DNA from: an uncultured Oscillospiraceae bacterium
GTDB taxonomy: Bacteria; Bacillota; Clostridia; Oscillospirales; Oscillospiraceae
Assembly: GCA_964623675.1 (NCBI GenBank)
Contig: CAZUSM010000001.1
Location: 1-51,806 of the forward strand
Direction: 5' to 3'
DNA: 51,806 nucleotides
Numbering within the stretch: position 1 is the first letter of the stretch; each line of letters opens with the position of its first letter. Shown one piece after another: positions 45,668 to 51,806 of the stretch. The translations under genes were made by a program, and so were the position numbers. The notes under the pieces are model-generated. The model was not told the DNA's origin and did no database searches. It saw only the letters and a program-made list of their open reading frames with translations.

Positions 45668-45728
45668 TCAGATAAGAATAATAATTAGATAATTTAGATA
45701 AGAATGATTATTACCGGAGGCGTTTCAA

Positions 45729-47651
45729 ATGAAGCACGGATTCATCAAGGTCATGGCGGCAAGCCCCGACGTTCGCGTGGGGGACACGCTTTTCAATCTC
45801 GCCGGGGCTGAGCGCGCCCTTGACGCGGCGGAGCGCGCGGGCGCGAACCTCCTCGTCCTGCCGGAGCTTTATCTCACCTCGTATTCCTGCGGCGATTTGT
45901 TTTACTCCGACGTGCTTTTGCGCGGCGTGCTCGACGCGCTTGTCGCCCTGCGCGACTATACCGCCGGCAAGCGCGCCCTCGTCGCGGTGGGCTTGCCTCT
46001 GCGCCTCGCCGGAAAGCTTTATAATTGCGCCGCCGTGCTGCACGGCGGGCGCATCCTCGGCATCGCCCCCAAGGTGACCCTGCCCAATTACGGCGAGTTT
46101 TATGAGCGCCGCCAGTTCACCTCCGGCGCGGATTATTGCGGCGAGGACACGCTGACGATCGCGGGCGAGCGCGTCCCGTTCGGGCGTGGGCTGCTTTTCT
46201 GCTGTGAAGAGCTTGATTCCTTTGTCCTCGGCGTCGAGCTTTGCGAGGATTTGTGGGCGCCCGTGCCGGAGTCCACCGGCCTTTGCCTCGCCGGGGCGAC
46301 GGTTATTGCCAATCTCTCCGCCTCAAATGAGCTCATCGGCAAGGCCGATTATCGCCGCATGCTCATCGCCGCCTCGTCCTCGCGCCTCGCCTGCGGGTAT
46401 GTTTACGCCAGCGCCGGCCACGGCGAATCCACGCAGGATCTCTCCTTCGGCGGCCACTGCATGGTGTACGAAAACGGTGCGCTCCTTGCCGAGCGCAAGC
46501 CCTACGCCGACGAGGACGCAATCACCACCGAGCTTGATCTTCTCCGCTTGACCTCCGCGCGCCATCTGTGCACCAGCTTTGACGTCTCCGCCGCGCCGGA
46601 GTGCCGCCGGGTGTCTTTCTCCCAGCCGCTCGCCGAAACGGCACTCACGCGCCCCATCGCGCGCAATCCCTTCGTCCCCGATGACGTCGACGAGCTTGCC
46701 GAGCGCGCCGAGGCCATCCTCCGCATCCAGTCCGACGGCCTCATGCGCCGCATTGAGCACATCAACTGCCCCAAGCTGATTCTCGGCGTTTCCGGCGGCT
46801 TGGACAGCACGCTCGCCCTCTTGGTGTGCGTGCGCGCGCTCGACGCGCTGCGCCGCCCGCGCACGGATTTGCTCGCCGTCACCATGCCCTGCTTCGGCAC
46901 GACGCAGCGCACGCGCTCCAATGCCGAGCGCCTTTGCGAAAAGCTGGGCGTCAGCTTCAAAACGGTGGATATCTCCGCCTCTGTCCGCGCGCACTTTGCC
47001 GACATCGGCCACGATGAGCGCGTCACCGACGTCACCTATGAAAACGCCCAGGCGCGCGAGCGCACCCAGGTGCTCATGGACATCGCCAATCAGACCGGCG
47101 GCATCGTCGTCGGCACGGGCGACCTGTCCGAGCTTGCCCTCGGCTGGGCGACGTATAACGGCGACCACATGTCCATGTACGGCGTGAACGCCTCCGTGCC
47201 CAAAACGCTCGTGCGCTATATTGTCCGCCACGAAATGCTCAACAGTGACCCCGAAACCGCCGCCATTTTGCGTGATATTCTCCTTACGCCCGTCTCGCCG
47301 GAGCTGCTCCCGGCCAAGGACGGCGTAATTGCCCAGAAAACCGAAGACCTCGTCGGCCCTTACGAGCTGCATGACTTCTTCCTTTATCATTTCCTGCGCA
47401 CCGGCGCGTCACCCTCACGCATTCTGCGCTTGGCCGAGTATGCCTTCGCCGGGGAGTATGACCGCGCCACCATCATGAAGTGGCTGCGCACGTTCACCCG
47501 CCGCTTCTTTGCCCAGCAGTTCAAGCGCTCCTGCCTCCCCGACGGCGTCAAGGTCGGCACAGTCTCCCTCTCCCCGCGCGGCGACTGGCGCATGCCCTCC
47601 GACGCCACCCCCACCCTCTGGCAAAAAGAGCTGGCCGAGCTGGAGACGTGA
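45729..47651 (+). CDS. nadE: glutamine-dependent NAD+ synthetase (N-terminal CN-hydrolase domain plus NAD synthetase domain)
   Basis: Nitrilase-type N-domain (..LLVLPELYLTSYSCGDLF.., ..ELCEDLW..) and a C-terminal PP-loop ..GVSGGLDSTLALLV... GGAGG RBS. Confidence 0.93.
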   Translation: MKHGFIKVMAASPDVRVGDTLFNLAGAERALDAAERAGANLLVLPELYLTSYSCGDLFYSDVLLRGVLDALVALRDYTAGKRALVAVGLPLRLAGKLYNCAAVLHGGRILGIAPKVTLPNYGEFYERRQFTSGADYCGEDTLTIAGERVPFGRGLLFCCEELDSFVLGVELCEDLWAPVPESTGLCLAGATVIANLSASNELIGKADYRRMLIAASSSRLACGYVYASAGHGESTQDLSFGGHCMVYENGALLAERKPYADEDAITTELDLLRLTSARHLCTSFDVSAAPECRRVSFSQPLAETALTRPIARNPFVPDDVDELAERAEAILRIQSDGLMRRIEHINCPKLILGVSGGLDSTLALLVCVRALDALRRPRTDLLAVTMPCFGTTQRTRSNAERLCEKLGVSFKTVDISASVRAHFADIGHDERVTDVTYENAQARERTQVLMDIANQTGGIVVGTGDLSELALGWATYNGDHMSMYGVNASVPKTLVRYIVRHEMLNSDPETAAILRDILLTPVSPELLPAKDGVIAQKTEDLVGPYELHDFFLYHFLRTGASPSRILRLAEYAFAGEYDRATIMKWLRTFTRRFFAQQFKRSCLPDGVKVGTVSLSPRGDWRMPSDATPTLWQKELAELET

Positions 47652-47723
47652 GCCGCTCTACCGAGTCAAAAAATGACCCACCCGCGCAGCAAAAACGATA
47701 CACTAGATTATCATACAAATAAT

Positions 47724-47760
47724 GTTCAAAGGGAGCGCCCCGCAGGCGCTCCCTTTGAAC
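47724..47760. terminator. bidirectional terminator (16-bp perfect stem)
   Basis: GTTCAAAGGGAGCGCC (47724-47739) pairs with GGCGCTCCCTTTGAAC (47745-47760). It lies between convergent nadE and spoIIID. Confidence 0.85.
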
Positions 47761-47762
47761 GT

Positions 47763-48026
47763 TCATGCTTTTTCGTATTTTTTCTTTGTGGCCAAGCCGC
47801 CGCGAATGTGGCGCTCGGCCTTGTTTATGTCCAACAGCGCGCGCACCCGGCGGTAAAGTCCGGGGTTTATGCGTGGCAACCTCTCCGTCAAATCCTTGTG
47901 TACCGTGGACTTGGACACGCCGAACTTTCCTGCGGCGGCGCGCACGGTGGTTTGGTTATCGACGATGTACGCGGCCAGGTCGCAGACCCGCTTTTCAATA
48001 TTTGTACGCACATATACCACTCCCAA
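47763..48026 (-). CDS. spoIIID: stage III sporulation protein D (SpoIIID, HTH regulator)
   Basis: ..AAYIVDNQTTVRAAAGKFGVSKSTVHKDLTERLPRINPGLYRRVRALLDINKAERHIRGGLATKKKY.. closely parallels B. subtilis SpoIIID. GGGAG plus 8 nt favours the GTG at 48011 as the true start. Confidence 0.93.
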   Translation of the reverse strand: MGVVYVRTNIEKRVCDLAAYIVDNQTTVRAAAGKFGVSKSTVHKDLTERLPRINPGLYRRVRALLDINKAERHIRGGLATKKKYEKA

Positions 48027-48040
48027 TCAGCTCGTGGTTG

Positions 48041-48069
48041 AATATATGTGCGCGCCGCGCTATATATGA
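48041..48069 (-). promoter_or_regulatory. sigma-E-type sporulation promoter candidate for spoIIID
   Basis: Minus strand reads TCATATA (48069-48063), 14 nt, then CATATATT (48048-48041). Against the B. subtilis sigma-E pattern as I recall it (ZHATAXX-14-CATACAHT), this is 7/7 and 6/8 with exact spacing. Confidence 0.5.
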
Positions 48070-48078
48070 GGTTCGGCC

Positions 48079-48729
48079 TCACTCCAAATCCTGCTCAACA
48101 AACCGCTTTTCGCTCACTTTGCAGGATATCCCGGTCAGCAGGGCGAACAGCGCCGCGCCTGCGGCCACGGCGGCGAGCTTTGCACCGAGGTGCGACCAAT
48201 CGGGCGTGTCCAGCACATCGCGCACGAATGGCACAACATAGGTTGACATAATATCCACAGCCGTCAGCAGCAGCATCACCACGCCCGACACCACGAACGG
48301 AACGCCCACCTTGTGCACGTCTTTATAATACAGCGTGAAAAATACAAGGTTGAACACTCCGTACACCGCAAGCCCCAGCCCCACAAGCGCAAGATTTGCG
48401 TCCAGCCCCGCCTGATTCCCGACGGGGTTCAGTTTTAGCGCGAGCGGGATAAGTGCCAGCATGACGAGAAGCTGAGCCAGCTCTGTCACCACGGCGAACA
48501 TGATGCGCGCGCGGACAATGTTGCGCTTGGCTACGGGCAGGGCGAGGGAATACGCGATGTCGCGGTTTTCGCGTCCGGAAAGGCAGGTGAAGAAAACTGA
48601 CATCGTCGTGTAAAAGAAAATCACCACAAACGGATAGTTCGGAATGAACACCATTGCCGAAAGCAGCAGCATCAACGGCGTCGACGGGTGCATCGACAGC
48701 CGAAACTCTTTCATCAGCAGCTTTTTCAT
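48079..48729 (-). CDS. ABC-2-type transporter permease
   Basis: MKKLLMKEFRLSMHPS.. followed by six TM segments. The ATG at 48729 overlaps the ATPase stop (ATGA). The ORF-track N-terminal 47 aa are Arg/Gly-rich artefact. Confidence 0.8.
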   Translation of the reverse strand: MKKLLMKEFRLSMHPSTPLMLLLSAMVFIPNYPFVVIFFYTTMSVFFTCLSGRENRDIAYSLALPVAKRNIVRARIMFAVVTELAQLLVMLALIPLALKLNPVGNQAGLDANLALVGLGLAVYGVFNLVFFTLYYKDVHKVGVPFVVSGVVMLLLTAVDIMSTYVVPFVRDVLDTPDWSHLGAKLAAVAAGAALFALLTGISCKVSEKRFVEQDLE

Positions 48730-49574
48730 GCCGTCTCGCCCTCCTTTTCGATGTGCACCATTATGCTCTCCAGCTCTGCGCGCTCGCCGTCGAGCGCAAG
48801 GCGCGCCGCGTCCCCAGCGCGCAAAAGCGCCGTGCAGCCGCCCTTGGCGCGCTTTATGCCCAGCGCGCACGGCGCGGCCGCACGAGCCGCGTCCACCGAG
48901 TCAAACCGCACGATTTTGTACGCGTTTTCAAACTCGCGCATGTCGCCGTTTGCGATAATGCGCCCGTTTTTGATGTAAATGATGTCGTCCGCGCACTTGT
49001 CGAGGTCGGAAGTGATGTGCGTGGAAAAAAGCACGGTTTTCCCCTCGTCGCACAGCCCCATCAGCACGTCCAGCAAATCGTCGCGCGACACGGGGTCAAG
49101 CCCGCTTGTCGGCTCGTCGAGTATCAGCAGCTCCGCGTTGTGCGACAGCGCCAGCGTCAGTGCGTACTTCACCTTCATTCCGGCGGACAGCTTCGCGGGT
49201 GTTTTCTCGTCGTCGAGCGCGAACATTCGCATGTATTTTTCATAAGCCGCCGCGTCCCACGTCGGGTAAAACCCCGCTGTCACAGCGGATATGGTTTTCA
49301 GCTTTTTGTTTTGATAATAATTGACCCCGCTTGACACGAACCCCACGCGCGACTTGATTTCGTCCTCGTGCCCCGCAAAATCCAGCCCGAAAAAGCGCAC
49401 AGATCCGCTGTCCGGGTGCACGAAATTGAAAAGGGAGTTGAGCGTGGTGGATTTCCCAGCGCCGTTTCGCCCGATGAACCCGGTTATCTTGCCCTCGCGC
49501 AGGGCAAAGGACACACCGTCCAGCTTGAAGCCGGGGTATTCCTTGCGCAGTCCTTCAACTTCAAGTATCGCCAT
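48726..49574 (-). CDS. ABC transporter ATP-binding protein
   Basis: Walker A GRNGAGKSTT, signature LSAGMKVK, Walker B LLILDEPTSGLD. GGGAGG lies 9 nt upstream of the ATG at 49574 (MAILEVEGL..). Confidence 0.9.
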   Translation of the reverse strand: MAILEVEGLRKEYPGFKLDGVSFALREGKITGFIGRNGAGKSTTLNSLFNFVHPDSGSVRFFGLDFAGHEDEIKSRVGFVSSGVNYYQNKKLKTISAVTAGFYPTWDAAAYEKYMRMFALDDEKTPAKLSAGMKVKYALTLALSHNAELLILDEPTSGLDPVSRDDLLDVLMGLCDEGKTVLFSTHITSDLDKCADDIIYIKNGRIIANGDMREFENAYKIVRFDSVDAARAAAPCALGIKRAKGGCTALLRAGDAARLALDGERAELESIMVHIEKEGETA

Positions 49575-49812
49575 TTTCATCTGCCTCCCAAGCCTTTCTC
49601 GCCTCGTCGTCGCTGTCGAAAATGAGCGACGCGAGCTTGACATACATTGAATTCGGCGGGATTGCGATGCCCTGCTTTTCGTCGGCAAGAACGATGAGCG
49701 TGTCGCCCGGCTTGATGCCGAAAATCTCCCGCGCCTGTTTGGGAATCACAAATTGTCCCTTTTCCCCGACCTTGACCGTCCAAGCGTATCTCCCCGCCGG
49801 TGCTTTCCGCAT
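49561..49812 (-). CDS. AbrB/MazE/SpoVT-family DNA-binding protein
   Basis: ..VKVGEKGQFVIPKQAREIFGIKPGDTLIVLAD.. is the swapped-hairpin SpoVT-AbrB motif. GGGAGG lies 7 nt upstream. First gene of the ABC operon. Confidence 0.85.
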   Translation of the reverse strand: MRKAPAGRYAWTVKVGEKGQFVIPKQAREIFGIKPGDTLIVLADEKQGIAIPPNSMYVKLASLIFDSDDEARKAWEADENGDT

Positions 49813-49866
49813 AATAATACCTCCCGAAAGTGAGTAAAGTATGAAAAGTATGATTTACATGATTGA

Positions 49867-49895
49867 ATAATAACACACGTTTCCGAATAAGTCAA
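49867..49895 (-). promoter_or_regulatory. sigma-A promoter of the AbrB-ABC operon
   Basis: Minus strand reads TTGACT (49895-49890), 17 nt, then TATTAT (49872-49867). Confidence 0.6.
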
Positions 49896-49965
49896 GAGGG
49901 GAGAGGATAGAAAAAATATAGTAGCGAAATGCAGCAAAATAGCAGTCCAATTCTCTCGAAATATC

Positions 49966-50018
49966 GCAAAAAAGAAAGCTCCGGAAACCTGTATAGTTTA
50001 CAAGTCTCCGGAACTTTT
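49966..50018 (-). terminator. terminator after the GH2 gene
   Basis: On the minus-strand RNA, AAAGUUCCGGAG pairs with UUCCGGAGCUUU (about 12 bp including two G-U pairs), followed by CUUUUUUG. Confidence 0.55.
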
Positions 50019-50067
50019 ACTGCGTTCATTATGGGGAAAGTTGTTTGATTACAGCGTCCTTTACTCC

Positions 50068-51783
50068 TCAACCAATCAGCCGCTTATTGACTTCCCTCAC
50101 CGCGTCGACGTCGAACTTCACGTGCTCGCGGTCGTAGGTGACGAAGCCGTTGACCTCGTCCTCCACGTCGCTGAGCTGGGTGTACACGCTCGCGGCAAGG
50201 CCTTGCTTGCGCGCGGCGATAATCTCGCGCTCGTACAGCTTTTCAAATGCCGCGCCGAGGGCGGCCTCGGTCTTGCACCCGCGATAGCCGAAGCTGGCGT
50301 TATTCCACGTGTGCCCCGGAACGCTCAGCTTGTACCCGCCGAACTCCGACAGCACCACTGCGCGCCCATGCTCGTCGCGCCGGTAGCGATAGGGGTAAAA
50401 ATAAACGTGCAGGCTCTTCACGTCGCTGATTCCCTGGTCGTGCCAGCCGCTGGCGTGGTCGATAGTGCGCGTGGGGTCGAGCGCGCGTATGCGCGTCACG
50501 GCCTCGGCCGCGTCGAACTGCCCCCAGCCCTCGTTGAACGGCACCCACATCGCAATGCACGGGCAGGAGTAAAGCTGCTTTATCATCGCCTCCAGCTCCT
50601 CGTAATACTGCGCGCGCCCCGCCGCGTCCTCGCGCGCGAAGCGCTTGTAATCAACGTCCTTTTTGTGCTGCCGGGTGATGAGCGGCGCGGTTATGGTCAA
50701 CGTGTCGTACCTGCCCCCGCCGTTTATCATGTCCTGCCACACCAGCATGCCCAGCCTGTCGCAGTGATAATACCAGCGCAGCGGTTCGATTTTGATGTGC
50801 TTTCTCAGCATGTTGAAGCCCATTGACTTCATCAGCTCGATGTCGTATATCATCGCCGCATCGCTCGGCGCGGTGTACAGCCCATCCGGCCAGTAGCCCT
50901 GATCCAACACGCCGGAGTGAAAATACGGCTTGCCGTTGAGCGTCAGACACGGCCGCCCCGCATCGTCATGCCCCACGCCGACAGAGCGCATGGCAAAATA
51001 GCTCTCCACCCTGTCCTCGCCAAGCTCTGCCGAAAACTCATAAAGCCTCGGATTCTCCGGACTCCACAGCTCCGCCCCCGGCACGGGCACGCTTATCGCC
51101 GCGTTCGCGCGCCCGACGTGGCGTACGCCGCCGAACACCACGGCGCACTCGCCCTCGCTCGCACTCTGCACCTCAATCTCCACGCACTCGCGCTCGACGC
51201 ACGGCGTTATGCGCAGCGCGGAAATGTGCGCCTCCGGCACCCATTCCGCCCACACGCTCTGCCATATCCCGCTCTGCGGGGTGTACCATATCCCGCCTCG
51301 CTTCGTGCGCTGCTTGCCGCGCGTGAACTCGTTTTCGTCCGTCGCGTCGTGCACGCGCACTATCAGCTCGCTGTCAGCGTCAGGCAGGAGATATTCAGTT
51401 ATGTCAACCTCAAAAGCCGTGTAACCGCCGCGATGTTCGGCGATTTGCTTCTGATTTATGTAAACCACTGCCTGTTGGTCAACCGCGCCGAAGTGCAGCA
51501 GCAGCCGCGCGCCCTCGCGCGGCTTTTCGCATATTGCGCGGCGATACCACAGCGTTTCGCCCGGCTTGAGCGTGCGATTGACCCTGGATAGCGGCGCTTC
51601 CGGCGAAAACGGCACGATTATCTCACCGTCAAACTGCCTCGGCAGATCATCCGACGCCGTGATGGCGTAATCCCAGCGGCCATTTAGGTTTACATAACTA
51701 TTGCGCACCATCTGCGGGCGCGGATATTCGGGCAGGACGTTGTCCTTGTCAAGCGCCTTGCCCCAGCGTGTCAGCATTGTCAT
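50068..51783 (-). CDS. glycoside hydrolase family 2 (beta-galactosidase/beta-glucuronidase-like)
   Basis: N-terminal sugar-binding region ..EYPRPQMVRNSYVNLNGRWDY.. and TIM-barrel acid/base segment ..IAMWVPFNEGWGQF... GGAGGG RBS. Confidence 0.9.
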   Translation of the reverse strand: MTMLTRWGKALDKDNVLPEYPRPQMVRNSYVNLNGRWDYAITASDDLPRQFDGEIIVPFSPEAPLSRVNRTLKPGETLWYRRAICEKPREGARLLLHFGAVDQQAVVYINQKQIAEHRGGYTAFEVDITEYLLPDADSELIVRVHDATDENEFTRGKQRTKRGGIWYTPQSGIWQSVWAEWVPEAHISALRITPCVERECVEIEVQSASEGECAVVFGGVRHVGRANAAISVPVPGAELWSPENPRLYEFSAELGEDRVESYFAMRSVGVGHDDAGRPCLTLNGKPYFHSGVLDQGYWPDGLYTAPSDAAMIYDIELMKSMGFNMLRKHIKIEPLRWYYHCDRLGMLVWQDMINGGGRYDTLTITAPLITRQHKKDVDYKRFAREDAAGRAQYYEELEAMIKQLYSCPCIAMWVPFNEGWGQFDAAEAVTRIRALDPTRTIDHASGWHDQGISDVKSLHVYFYPYRYRRDEHGRAVVLSEFGGYKLSVPGHTWNNASFGYRGCKTEAALGAAFEKLYEREIIAARKQGLAASVYTQLSDVEDEVNGFVTYDREHVKFDVDAVREVNKRLIG

Positions 51784-51806
51784 ATTTGTTCACCCTCCGT
51801 TTTCTC

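Overview
High-GC Firmicutes (Clostridia-type) chromosome. A sampled 60-nt line at 30001 is 65% G+C. Sporulation genes are present: a clear spoIIID and a membrane-anchored M23/SpoIIQ-like protein. Most of the window is housekeeping and carbohydrate-uptake genes. In order: an AKR fragment, a flavin reductase-like gene and a second AKR; an mglBAC-like sugar ABC transporter plus galK; and a LysR regulator. An eight-gene minus-strand cluster follows (amidohydrolase, BadF-type sugar kinase, HAD hydrolase, YitT, PotD/Fbp-type ABC transporter), divergent from an AraC regulator. Next come a 2-hydroxyacyl-CoA-dehydratase-family pair, enolase and tex. After these are a GH94 phosphorylase locus (LacI regulator, CUT1 ABC transporter) and a DeoR/TRAP/SGNH locus. 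The window ends with nadE, spoIIID, an AbrB-ABC-ABC2 operon and a GH2 glycosidase. Five lipoproteins share near-identical signal peptides ending in a (V/A)FAL(C/V)ACG-type lipobox. The one clearly accessory segment is a ~4.2 kb AT-rich island at about 24.94-29.17 kb; a sampled line at 27001 is 33% G+C. It carries a single minus-strand operon: XRE-type HTH, C5-cytosine methyltransferase, second C5 methyltransferase, then a 358-aa nuclease candidate. The nuclease candidate has a DUF3883-type PD-(D/E)XK C-terminus and a B3/EcoRII-N-like N-terminus. The island has no integrase or transposase. It abuts a truncated, motif-degenerate flavoprotein oxidoreductase remnant and is bracketed by a 9-nt direct repeat (AAAACCAAC). 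I read it as a horizontally acquired restriction-modification cassette, possibly Type IIS-like because of the two methyltransferases, with an uncharacterised endonuclease architecture. No rRNA, tRNA, CRISPR array or IS element was recognised. Many long ORFs in the track are antisense artefacts of high-GC coding sequence. All functional calls rest on motif or family recognition by eye and need database confirmation.
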